Assembly (NCBI GenBank): GCA_965197475.1
Contig: CBDANF010000003.1
Location: forward strand, 3,872,001 to 3,936,000
Direction: 5' to 3'
Source of the DNA: Candidatus Poribacteria bacterium
Lineage (GTDB): Bacteria; Poribacteria; WGA-4E; WGA-3G
DNA: 64,000 bases
Within the stretch, counting starts at the first letter, position 1. Each line of letters starts with the position of its first letter. The notes below the pieces were generated by a model that saw nothing but the letters and a program-made list of their open reading frames with translations, searched no databases and was not told the DNA's origin. Position numbers and translations under genes: made by a program. Positions 21,711 to 32,200 of this stretch are shown one piece after another.

Positions 21711-22925
21711 ATGATACTTAAAATTGCATTCCGAAACATCTTCCGTCAAAAACGGCGGACAATTCTTACTGCACTTGCGATGATTGTCGGGTTTACGCTA
21801 TCCTCAGTATTCATCGGCTGGTCCGACGGTGTGTATGGGGACATGATTTCGACGTTCACACGAAACCGAATCGGACACATTCAGGTACATCTTGAAGGGT
21901 ACCTTGATAAACCGTCGCTCTATAAAACGATCGACAATTCTGCTGTTGTCGATGAGATTATTCAAAGTATAGCAGGGGTTGAAGCGTGGACACCACGGGT
22001 ATATACAGCAGGACTCGGTTCAGTGGAAGAAAAAAGCACGGCAGTCCAAATCATAGGGATTGATGTGGATAAAGAGAACAAAGCCACGCAATTTAATCAA
22101 AAAGTGGTTGAGGGGAGACCATTTGCACACAACGTTTCTCATGAAGTTGTGATTGGCAAAGGACTTGAAAAAAACCTCAATGCGGGATTAGAGAGTGAAA
22201 TTGTGATTTTTTCACAAGCAGCCGATGGTTCTATTGCAAATGACATATATACAATTGTTGGTATTGCAGAAAGCGGTGATGACGCAACAGATCGGGTGAC
22301 TTGTTATTTAAACCTTGAGGCAGCACAGGAATTGTTTGTGCTTCCGGGACGCGTCCACGAAATTGTTGTGATTGTCTCAAATATTAATCAAGTTGCTAAA
22401 ATTACGGATTCGATTAGAGAAAGTCTCAGTGATTCACCACTTGAGGTTTTACCTTGGCAGGAAGTAGCCGAATCCTTTTATAAAGCCATGCAAGCCGATC
22501 AGAAGGGTGATGCCATTGGAAGGTTTGTAATTATGTTGATTGTTGCAATAGGTGTTCTTAATACTGTTTTGATGTCTGTGCTTGAACGAACACGTGAGTA
22601 CGGAGTACTGAAAGCAGTCGGCACAAAACCGATACAAGTTTTCTGGTTGGTGATCTGTGAAGTGTTCATCATCGCAATTGCAAGTATTTGCATCGGTGCA
22701 TTGTTTGGCACTCTATTCAATTACGTATTATCTATATACGGTATCAAACTCCCTCAGGAATTTACCTACGGCGGCATGAAATTTGGAACGATGCATGCCG
22801 AAGTTAATCTCCGAAGCTTAACGATTCCTGCTATCACTGTGATGTTTTCAGCCATGTTAGTAAGTCTATATCCGGCGATAAAAGCTGCCCGAATTTTACC
22901 TGCAAAGGCGATGCGAACACACTAA
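21711..22925 (+). CDS. ABC transporter permease (LolE/FtsX/MacB-like)
   Basis: IAFRNIFRQKRRT, MSVLERTREYGVLKAVG, SLYPAIKAA. Confidence 0.92.
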   Translation: MILKIAFRNIFRQKRRTILTALAMIVGFTLSSVFIGWSDGVYGDMISTFTRNRIGHIQVHLEGYLDKPSLYKTIDNSAVVDEIIQSIAGVEAWTPRVYTAGLGSVEEKSTAVQIIGIDVDKENKATQFNQKVVEGRPFAHNVSHEVVIGKGLEKNLNAGLESEIVIFSQAADGSIANDIYTIVGIAESGDDATDRVTCYLNLEAAQELFVLPGRVHEIVVIVSNINQVAKITDSIRESLSDSPLEVLPWQEVAESFYKAMQADQKGDAIGRFVIMLIVAIGVLNTVLMSVLERTREYGVLKAVGTKPIQVFWLVICEVFIIAIASICIGALFGTLFNYVLSIYGIKLPQEFTYGGMKFGTMHAEVNLRSLTIPAITVMFSAMLVSLYPAIKAARILPAKAMRTH

Positions 22926-22937
22926 AGGATCAAAACG

Positions 22938-24170
22938 ATGTGGTTGATTCTAATAAAACTTGCATGGAGAAATCTTTTTCGCAATAAAAGGCGGACGATT
23001 ATCGCTGCAATAGCAATCGGTATCGGTCTGGCAGCCCTAATTTTTGTTGATGCACTTATGATTGGGATGCAAGAGAATATGATCAGAACAGCGACTGCGT
23101 CCTTCCTTGGTGATGCACAGATACATCGTGAAAGTTATCGAGATACACAAGAGGCGGAGTTGACAATTCAGGAACTTGAAAAGGTGACGGCTAATCTGTC
23201 TAAGGAGGCAATCGTCCAATATATTACCCGAAGAACATTCGCGTTTGGGATGATACGTTCCGCTGCGAATGCGAATAGTGCCATTAACCTTGTCGGTGTG
23301 AATCCATCTACCGAAAAATACTTGTCCCAAATTGATGATGCTATAATTGAGGGTGTCTATTTTGAAGGGAGCAGTGAAAGTGATATTGTGATAGGTGCTA
23401 AACTCGCGGAAGTATTGGAAGTTGGACTTGGTGACAAAGTGCCTGTGACGGTTTCGCAAGCACATACTGGTGAGTTTTCTCAAGAGAGGTTCCGTGTTTC
23501 CGGCATTTTTAAGTTTGCTGACGAAGGAATGAATAGCGGGATGGCGTTCATTAGATTACATAAAGCACAGGAAATGCTTGCAATTGGTAAGGATGTTCAT
23601 GAAATTGCGATCAAATTCACTGAAACTACGTACTCTCAAAACCGAGAGTTGCGATTTTGGGAGACATATTCTCAGTTTGGTAATAAAGCGGAAAGTTGGA
23701 TTGACATTCTTCCACAATTGACTACGATATTTGAGATGTCAAAATACAGTAAGTACATCATGGGAGCAGTATTGTTTGGCGTGGTCATTTTTGGAATTAT
23801 CAATACACTTTTTATGTCATTATATGAGCGAATGTTTGAGTTTGGGGTGTTGCGTGCCGTTGGAACACGTCCGTTTGGAATGGCGCGTGTTGTCTTATTT
23901 GAAGCGGGTGCATTGGCAATTGTAAGTATTGCTCTGGGGGCAATTCTCGGCTTCGTTTTGACAGCGATCTTTGCACGTGTCGGTCTTAATTATACCGGTA
24001 TAGAGATGATGGGTGTGACAATACAGGAATTTATCTATCCTGTCTTAGAGGCTCAACAGTTCATCATTTATCCTGTATCGGTCTTTGTTTTCACTATTGT
24101 TGCCGGACTGTATCCTGCTCGGCATGTTGCTAAAATGTCCCCTGTAGACGCAATGCGGCGCAGTTTTTAG
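22938..24170 (+). CDS. ABC transporter permease (LolE/FtsX/MacB-like)
   Basis: LAWRNLFRNKRRT, SLYERMFEFGVLRAVG, GLYPARH. Confidence 0.92.
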   Translation: MWLILIKLAWRNLFRNKRRTIIAAIAIGIGLAALIFVDALMIGMQENMIRTATASFLGDAQIHRESYRDTQEAELTIQELEKVTANLSKEAIVQYITRRTFAFGMIRSAANANSAINLVGVNPSTEKYLSQIDDAIIEGVYFEGSSESDIVIGAKLAEVLEVGLGDKVPVTVSQAHTGEFSQERFRVSGIFKFADEGMNSGMAFIRLHKAQEMLAIGKDVHEIAIKFTETTYSQNRELRFWETYSQFGNKAESWIDILPQLTTIFEMSKYSKYIMGAVLFGVVIFGIINTLFMSLYERMFEFGVLRAVGTRPFGMARVVLFEAGALAIVSIALGAILGFVLTAIFARVGLNYTGIEMMGVTIQEFIYPVLEAQQFIIYPVSVFVFTIVAGLYPARHVAKMSPVDAMRRSF

Positions 24171-24180
24171 GAAAGTTATC

Positions 24181-24882
24181 ATGGAACAGAATCAAAATAC
24201 AACTGTCATTGTTACTGAAGATGTGACAAGAGTTTATGAACCTGACGGAATACCTATCAATGCTCTTAACGGGATAGATTTAACAATCAAATCAGGGGAA
24301 TTCACTGCGTTGGTCGGACCATCAGGATCCGGTAAAACCACCTTTCTCAACATCATTTCTGGATTGGATAGTCCTACTGAAGGGAAAGTGCTGCTTGCTG
24401 GCAAGGTGCTATCAGAAATGAGCGGTAACGAACTCTCTGATTTTCGACGGGATAACATTGGGTTCATTTTTCAGGCTTACAATCTGATTCCTGTGTTAAC
24501 AGTTGAAGAAAACGTTGAATACATCATGCTCTTGGCTGGTGTTCCTAAATCAGAGCGACACGATCGTGTTACAGCAATGCTTGAAGCAGTTGGGTTAAAG
24601 GATGTTGAAGATCGGCTTCCTACGCAGCTTTCTGGTGGGCAGCAACAGCGCGTGGCTATTGCGCGCGCTATGGTGTCTGAACCCACGATTATTCTTGCCG
24701 ATGAACCGACTGCGAACCTTGACTCCAAAACAGGAGCAGACCTGCTTGAAATGATGCGTCAACTGAATTTGGAAACTGGCATGACATTCATCTTTTCTAC
24801 CCACGATCAGATGGTTATGGAAAGTGCCAGACGGTTGATTACACTTCGCGACGGTAAAGTTGATAGTGATGAAACAAAATAG
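24181..24882 (+). CDS. ABC transporter ATP-binding protein (LolD-like)
   Basis: [31 protein letters not shown]. Confidence 0.96.
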   Translation: MEQNQNTTVIVTEDVTRVYEPDGIPINALNGIDLTIKSGEFTALVGPSGSGKTTFLNIISGLDSPTEGKVLLAGKVLSEMSGNELSDFRRDNIGFIFQAYNLIPVLTVEENVEYIMLLAGVPKSERHDRVTAMLEAVGLKDVEDRLPTQLSGGQQQRVAIARAMVSEPTIILADEPTANLDSKTGADLLEMMRQLNLETGMTFIFSTHDQMVMESARRLITLRDGKVDSDETK

Positions 24883-24894
24883 TGGGTTCAGAAG

Positions 24895-26112
24895 ATGAGA
24901 AAAACAATCTTACTTATCTGCTTACTGACAATACCACTATTTGGTGCCGCTAACGCTGAATTCCGTGTCAGTGGTTATTACAAGAACTTTTTTACAGCCT
25001 TTGATTCCCCGCTCCCAGACACACCGGTGACGGGTGTTGTAGTCAACCGACTGCGACTAAATCTCTCTTATGTACCTACGGACTCGCTTTCCTTTGCTTT
25101 CGCCTATGATTTTACCCCGCGCGTTCAAGACCCCTCACTCTTTTCTCAATCCCCTTTTGCTATAGGTACCGCTTCTTCACGTTATCGCGTTGCAGATTTT
25201 GACTCGTTGCTTTATCCGGGTAAAGATGAACCAATGAGTAGTGTCGGTATCTATCATAATTTTGATCGTGCAGCGGTTCAGTTTAGTACGGATTTTGCTG
25301 ACATATCCATCGGTCGAGATGCAATTGCTTGGGGTGCTGCCCGGATTATAAATCCAACCGATGTTGTCGTGCCTTTTAATTATGACCAACTGGATACAGA
25401 AGATCGCGTGGGGGTGGATGCAGTTCGTATCCGTATTCCTGTTGGGATTCTGGGTGAGGTGGATACCGGATACATTTTCGGTACCAACTTTGACTTTGAC
25501 AAGAGTGCTATCTTTCTTAGGACACAATTGAATGCCGCTGAGACGGATTTCTCAATTTTACTTTTAGAATTTCAGAGAGATCTACTGGTTGGTTTAGATA
25601 TAGCACGTGGTATAGGTGGAGCGGGGTTTTGGTTAGAAACGGCTTACGTTTTTACCGATCCGTTTGATGGCGGACGCATTGCATCAGACGACTACCTACG
25701 GACATCTTTCGGTTTGGATTATAGCTTCAGCGGCGAGACCTACGCATTTATTGAATATCATTTTAATGGTGCGGGGACAGCTAAACCCGATAATTTTCTC
25801 GCCAATTTAGACCACTCTGCATATACCCGTGGCGGTGTTTATCTGTTGGGTGTCCACTATCTTGCTCCCGGTATATCACATCAACTAACACCGTTAATCA
25901 GTATCAGTGGACAGATGCTGTTTAATCTATCCGATCCATCAACTTGGATTGCACCACAGATTGCCTATAACATCGCAGAGGATATTCATCTGTCTGTCGG
26001 TGGGTTTATCAGTCTTGGAAAGCGACCTAAAGATGGTGATTTGACCCAATTGCAATCAGAGTTCGGCAGTTATCCTAATCTTTTCTTTTCCTCATTTCGT
26101 GTCTATTTTTGA
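24895..26112 (+). CDS. Probable outer-membrane beta-barrel protein
   Basis: Signal peptide, amphipathic strands, C-terminal …FRVYF. Confidence 0.7.
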   Translation: MRKTILLICLLTIPLFGAANAEFRVSGYYKNFFTAFDSPLPDTPVTGVVVNRLRLNLSYVPTDSLSFAFAYDFTPRVQDPSLFSQSPFAIGTASSRYRVADFDSLLYPGKDEPMSSVGIYHNFDRAAVQFSTDFADISIGRDAIAWGAARIINPTDVVVPFNYDQLDTEDRVGVDAVRIRIPVGILGEVDTGYIFGTNFDFDKSAIFLRTQLNAAETDFSILLLEFQRDLLVGLDIARGIGGAGFWLETAYVFTDPFDGGRIASDDYLRTSFGLDYSFSGETYAFIEYHFNGAGTAKPDNFLANLDHSAYTRGGVYLLGVHYLAPGISHQLTPLISISGQMLFNLSDPSTWIAPQIAYNIAEDIHLSVGGFISLGKRPKDGDLTQLQSEFGSYPNLFFSSFRVYF

Positions 26113-26127
26113 GCAAGATGTTTTCTT

Positions 26128-26218
26128 ATACCAAATTAACTTGATTCGACATTTTCGGATAAAGTCGGCGCATTGCAAGGCACGGGACCTCGCGCTACAA
26201 ATCGGATTAATTGGGTAT
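26128..26218. repeat. Mini-MITE with ATACC…GGTAT ends and a REP-like core
   Basis: ATACCAAATTAA … TTAATTGGGTAT; internal CCTCGCGCTACAA; a similar right half at 29105-29155. Confidence 0.5.
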
Positions 26219-26308
26219 TAGTCCGCCACCAAACCGATCATGCTACACATTGAAAGTCCCAGAAGCAACATTATTGTTCATTGAAAACGAACCTGCTTGT
26301 CGTGACGA

Positions 26309-27039
26309 CTAAGGACGTTTTAACTCTCCCCACAAAACTGCAGCCTTGCCTGTCGGACGCACACTCAAATCCCTGAACACTAGGACATTAGGACCAGAAA
26401 TTATAAAGTCATCCAATACAAAATCTCCAAACGCGTTTGCACCTACCCATACATAAGCAATTAACCCAATACAATCAATTTCCCGTAGTTTCGGGCCTCG
26501 GAATTCTGTGATCAGATTCCTCTGCGACAAAAACTCGAAATGTCCCTTACTAAAAGAAATTTCTATTTCTTTTAAGGGAAAACCACGTTACCAACATTGT
26601 TTACCAACAGTGGCGGTAATTGAATATCTGCTCCTACCCGAATTAATGTATTCAAAAAAGGGGTGTGGAGAAACTTAATAGTTTTGTTAAATATGCCACC
26701 GTGGTTATCATATTGTCCTATAAAAATTCCAATACTCCCTCCGCTTGCTTCAAGTATACTGATTTTGACATTAAGTTCTCCAACTTTAATGGGAAAACCG
26801 ATGAATTCAAGCGGATATATGCCAAAGATACCGGGACCCTCAAACGGATCTATCCAAACATCAAGGTGATCATCTTTTGGCTGCCAGATGGAGATGGATC
26901 TGAGAACATGCTCGTGTATTTTCCATGAACTAAGACGTTTTGTACTAAAATCTTCAACCCAAGTCTCGGAGAATACGCCTTGAACAGCGGCAAATATCAA
27001 CATACTGGATATTAGAAAAAGTGGATGAAGTTTGTTCAT
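26309..27039 (-). pseudogene. Secreted protein with GK…WG.LK tail, frameshifted
   Basis: Signal peptide then ETWVEDF; 1-nt loss near 26576-26582 (restored FPLKEIEISFSKGHFEFLSQRNL); ends SVRPTGKAAVLWGELKRP. Confidence 0.75.
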
Positions 27040-27049
27040 CTAAACTTCG

Positions 27050-27200
27050 GACAGAAGACCCCTGGTTTTCTTTAAGCAGGGAGGAATGCCCGCTCCTGTG
27101 TTTTCTTGACAATTATGTGTCAATTCTGTTATCAAATACTCCTAATGTGCAAGTCTAAAAACTTGGGATTCCGAAGAATCCGAAGTTTTTAGACTTGGGA
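27050..27200. mobile_element. Hairpin pair resembling IS200/IS605 ends with no transposase (PATE-like)
   Basis: CCCTG-GTTTTCTTTAAG-CAGGG-AGGAATG; near-perfect 22-bp stem CAAGTCTAAAAACTT.GGATTC-CGAA-GAATCC.AAGTTTTTAGACTTG at 27150-27197. Confidence 0.4.
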
Positions 27201-27739
27201 ATATTTCAAAGACAATAGTCTCTGCTGACTACAACTTGCCTCACAGTATTTTCCGCGAGAGATATCCGAACAGTGTGCGATCAAAAATCACTCATTTGGC
27301 GGTTCACAATTAGCGTCCGGATAACCCGGATACGGAAAACAACTAAATCTTTCATTTGATATTTCGCCTCGTCGATCAAGAGGATCGTCTTCTGGATGGA
27401 TAACATCTTCAGACCAATCGTCACCAGTGGCCACGAGCCCCGGAATACCGCAACGTTAACAGCATCTTTGATAAGTTTGTCAATGAAAGTGTGAGGTGAA
27501 AATGACAAATGTTAGAGATATCCAGAACTTGGTTTCTTCACATTTTTCAAATTTATACGTGAACGCAGATCAAATATCGGTTGGTCTTTAGGCATCAATG
27601 AGTTCTTGGAAGAAGTCTAAACAATCTTTGCAAAGTATACAAGAAAAGAAGGATTTTGCAAGTTAAATTCGAATTTTAGAGAAATCGCAAATCCAAAACT
27701 ACTTATTGGGTAGATTTTTTCTATATCAAGGAGTTCTCC

Positions 27740-27970
27740 ATGGATATTGAACACCTTTTTTCTGATATTGACGACTTTTTTATTGGCTTCGAAAAACAAA
27801 TGGCTTCCCAACCTTTACCAGATACCGAAGCCCTAAAAAGCGTAATCGTCCCTCAAAACTTCATAAAAGTGAGGTCATGACGATACTTGTGGCTTTCCAT
27901 CAAAGTGGGTGTGGTAGCTGCGTTAATTGCGTATACATATCGGTTAAAGAAACCTTCTATAGATATTGTG
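27740..27970 (+). pseudogene. IS982-family transposase remnant (internal deletion)
   Basis: MDIEHLFSDIDDF…KRNRPSKLHKSEVMTILVAFHQSG joined to the C-terminal VVAALIAYTYRLKKPSI. Confidence 0.75.
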
Positions 27971-27992
27971 GCACTTCAGGAAAATACAAATA

Positions 27993-29103
27993 ATACCATT
28001 TCTTGTATATATTTATCCTTTTAAAAGTTTTCAATTTCTGCTACACTTTTTCCAATTATACAAATCATAGGATTGACACCAATGCACATAAAGCCTCCAG
28101 AGATTACAGAAAGTGTTTCAGAGTTGAAAAGCCTGTTGAGAAAGACACCCGTAGGTTATCAAAAGCAAAGATTGACAGCCCTTTACCTATTTCGCAGTGG
28201 TCACGCGACAACTCGCAAACAAGCAGCCGCGCTGATAGGTGTTAACCGAAAAACGATTGGACACTGGATAGCGACTTATGAGTCCGAAGGACTTGATGCG
28301 CTTTTGGATCGGCATTATTCCCCGGGGCATCCCCCTCGGCTATCTAAAGAACAACAAGATCTGTTGATAACAGACTATATTGCCGAAACCTTCGGTGTCC
28401 AAATGAACTATAAAACTGTTCACGCGTTAGTTCGCTATAAATGGAAAGCCAAACTCAAAGTGCCTCGCAAAAGTCATAAAAAAACCAAAAAGCGTGTGAT
28501 GCGTTCGCTGCCAACTTCACGATAACCGTTGAGAACGTGATTTCGCAGCACACATCATCTTTTCAAAACGCCCGACTTTTTTGCCAAGATGAGTCAAGAT
28601 GCGGTCTTTTGCCTGTGTCGTCTCGGCGTATTACTGTGTCCGGTGTCAAACCGATTGCCAACATCAATTACACTTTCCAGAACCTTTATCTATACGGTGC
28701 TGTGGAACCGATAACAGGAGAAAGTTTCTTCCTTGAAATGTCCTGGCTCAATGGTGTCTGTTTCCAAGTATTCATCGATGAGTTAGCAAAGACTTTTCCA
28801 GAGACGCTAAATATCCTTGTGCTTGATAATGGTCGTTTTCATCAGGCGAAGTCTTTACAACTTCCTGACAACATCGCCTTGATTTTTCTACCCCCTTATA
28901 GTCCAGAGTTGAACCCGATCGAAAGACTCTGGCAAGACATCAAAGCCAAATTGTTTCAGCACACATTGGGGTCAATAGAGGAAATGCAGGACAAAATCAC
29001 ACAAATCTTGAGAAAGTATACGAAGGCAGCTATTGCCCAAATCACAAATTTTAAATATTTCACGAAAGTCGCAAATGGGAATATAATTATTGAGAAATGG
29101 TAT
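27993..29103 (+). mobile_element. IS630-family insertion sequence
   Basis: IRs ATACCATTTCT / AGAAATGGTAT flanked by TA; orfA 28073-28525 (HTH, LKVPRKSH) and orfB 28537-29106 (FCQDESR, LDNGRFH, LPPYSPELNPIERLW); A7 frameshift site near 28478-28484. Confidence 0.92.
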
Positions 29104-29208
29104 TAGCATCGCGAGGTACAAGGACTCCGCGCTACAATCGGGGTAATTGGATATAAGAAGTACGTTGTGGTGCAAGCTGACAGTTTTCGCTACAGAATTC
29201 ACGTTCCC

Positions 29209-32200
29209 CTACTTGAGGACCACGATCTTACCAACTTTCTGCGCGCGTACATCACCTTTGGTAGCAGTGAATTTGTAGATATAGACACCGTTGGCGAGGG
29301 GTTCACCATCTGCATCCAAACCATCGTAGTGGTATTCATTGTAAGAGGTTGCCGCATCAAGCGTATCAACAGTAGTGATAAGCTTGCCTGTAAGTGTATA
29401 TATTTTGAGGCTAACCTTGTCCGCGCTTGTCGTGAGATAGTAGGCAAAGTCTGTCCCCTTTCCTGCGCCTTGTCCAGGACGGAACGGGTTTGGAAAGTTT
29501 GCGATGTTTTTGATTTCAAATCCACCTGAAACCCTGGCTATTCGCTCGGTGTCCGCTACATTACCGTTTGCATCCTGCGCCTGCAATCGAATTCGGTACT
29601 TGCCTACTTGCAACGGATTGAGCGGTGTATAGGTTATCAGAAGTATGTTGCTGCTTGTTGGAGAAGCAGATATTGTGTACTCATCTTGTGGGACGCGATT
29701 ACCATTCTTGGTGAGAATAATATTCTCTGGACGGGGATCAATGCCGTTTGCATCCTCAATCCTTGCTGAGATTGTTGGTGTATCAGAGATATAATCCCCA
29801 TCAATAAATCCTTGATTTTCAACGGTTAATTCCATGGAGGGTCGTTCAGAATCTGTGTGGGACAGCAGTGCGAATGTGCCGGGCAGTTTTACCTCCGCAG
29901 ATATAGTTTCACCGTTCTTTATCTGCTTTCCGACCCGAATCCAGTTGCCCGTTTCATCGTCTTGCATATAAATGTGTGCCGCTTCGCTCTCGGTTTTCAA
30001 AAACGTTGCCGTGCCTGTCAATTCAGTTTGTTGGTTGAAGTCCAGCGAATATACAATAGGTGTTGTCTGTTCGGTCACTGTAGGAATGTGGATAATGTCC
30101 GGTTGGTTTGTAATGGTTAACGCTTTTGTTTCAAACGTCATTGTTGTGTGCGTTTGAAGACTCCCAGGTGGAATTGTGACGCGAAAAATCCCATCTGAAC
30201 TCTGAATTGGTTTGTTAATATTTTCAGGTGCAAGGAAGATACGATTGTTTTCAAATTTCCGTGATGCGCTGTTGTTATGCTCGCTCTGTTCAATAAGAAT
30301 ACCATCCGGCTGTTGTTCCGATGGCATATCTACAAATACCGTAACAAGGTATGTACCGGGAGCAGGTTGCCACGGCACACTTGCTGTGACACGACCCTCG
30401 GGAGGAACTTCTCGCAGTATCTGAACATTTCCAATAGGTGTCGCACTCTGAAGTGTCTCAAGCGTAACCTCTTGTGTCTCAGCATTACTAGTCGATGGCA
30501 TTTGAAAAAAACGGACAGGCACATTTTTTGCAAAAAGAGAACCTTGATTTTCGATATGTGCAGAAAGATGAAATGGCGCATCAGTGTCCCATGTGATAGT
30601 GTGTTCTAAAACGACGAGATCCGCTTTACCCACATCATAGGTGACAACTTCTGTCTGAAGTATGCGTCCAGTCTTTGGTTTCACAAGTAGGTAATAATCA
30701 ATTTGCTTATCTGATGAATATGGGGGGATAGGGTGTTCAGTTCTATAGGTTGTTCCTTCATGACGAACCATCCGAATAGGGTCTGCCTCTGTGCGACGGT
30801 CTTCTATAACATACAGACTCCAATAGAGTGTTATTTCGTCAATTGCACTTTCATTGACCACGTCAACGTAAAAATGGACAGGTTGATTGAGTGGAACGGG
30901 ATAAGGTTCAATACGGATGTTTTTGATATATCGTTCAAGCGGAATATAATCAGTATATCCTATTGCATCTTCTTTGGCATTCCATGCGTAAACTCTCATA
31001 TTCCATGCATCAAAAGCACTGTTGAAGGGGATCTGTATTTTTGCTTTGAACTTTCCATCAACTACCGCTACGGTTTCCATCCGAGGGGCATTGTCTATAG
31101 AGCGTTGAACAACCGTATCTGATGGACTGCGTTTTGGACGCCTCTTTTTTATATTTCTATCCGGCATGTTCGGAAGGACAGTTATCTCTGCGTCCCCGTT
31201 AAAATCAGGGTTAAGTAGTTTCCCAGAAACAGACAACAACGTTTCTGTCTTGAACCCATCTTGATTAACTTCCTCGTCTACATCAACTGTTACTTGCAGC
31301 TGCGTGTGTGGTAATCTCAACCGAGTCGCTGGATCCCCGAAAAGTGTGAAGACATCAGCGAGATCGAGGTATCCTGGTGCGTTAATCAGAAACTGTGTTT
31401 TCGCTTCGGCAAGGATGGCACCGACATTCTGGGTATTGTTGCTAAAGATAACCTTAAAAATCTCTTCATTGAGGATATGATCTTGCACTAATAGTCCGAT
31501 GCTGGTTCCACCGATAACGGCGATGGCACCCCCACTTTCCGAACGGAGGAATTCTTCAGCGAGGCAACCTGTGGGACTGTCAAATTCACCAGTAAAACAG
31601 GTCATACTGATAACAAAAGGCAGCTGCGAAATATTAGTTAAGTTTTTGTGTGGGTCCTCCAAATCCATCATACGGCTGGACGACCAGACACCTCCACCAC
31701 CATGACCAATATAATTAACGAGGCACGCGCCATCGTTGAACCCATCAATAACCTGTCGACCAACGGGAGTGCTGCCTTCACCTAAGGATAGTTCTTCTTC
31801 GACTGTTGGGGGCGCATAGATACGCTTAGTTTCGTATTTGGCATTGAGGCTTTTCTCATCAATTAGTCCATCGGTTTGAGCGTGAAATTCCTCGTCTGAA
31901 CCTGCAAGCATAAGTATACGTTTGTGCCAGGGCCCTATTTCAGCAGTGGTCTCATAGTTGATTGCACGTTCAACGAATATCCGGACATCTACACTATTTG
32001 TTGCTGGTACTCTTCCAATTAGCATGTCTGCGAAACTATCAGTGCCGCGGAAAGTAACAAACTGATGATCGCTTGCCGATGAACCGTAACCTGGGACTTG
32101 CACCTGAGTTGTAGGCACAAAAAAAATCTTGTCTTTTAGGCTTGTATCTCCAACTAACAACACATAGGTCGGTGCTGGTGGTTGCCAGTTTTGATAAGCA

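Noticed and set aside
27281-27600. ORF fragment MPKDQPIFDL…*…SPHTFIDKLIKDAV
   Set aside because: Internal stop and no recognisable family; possibly a decayed gene but cannot be assigned
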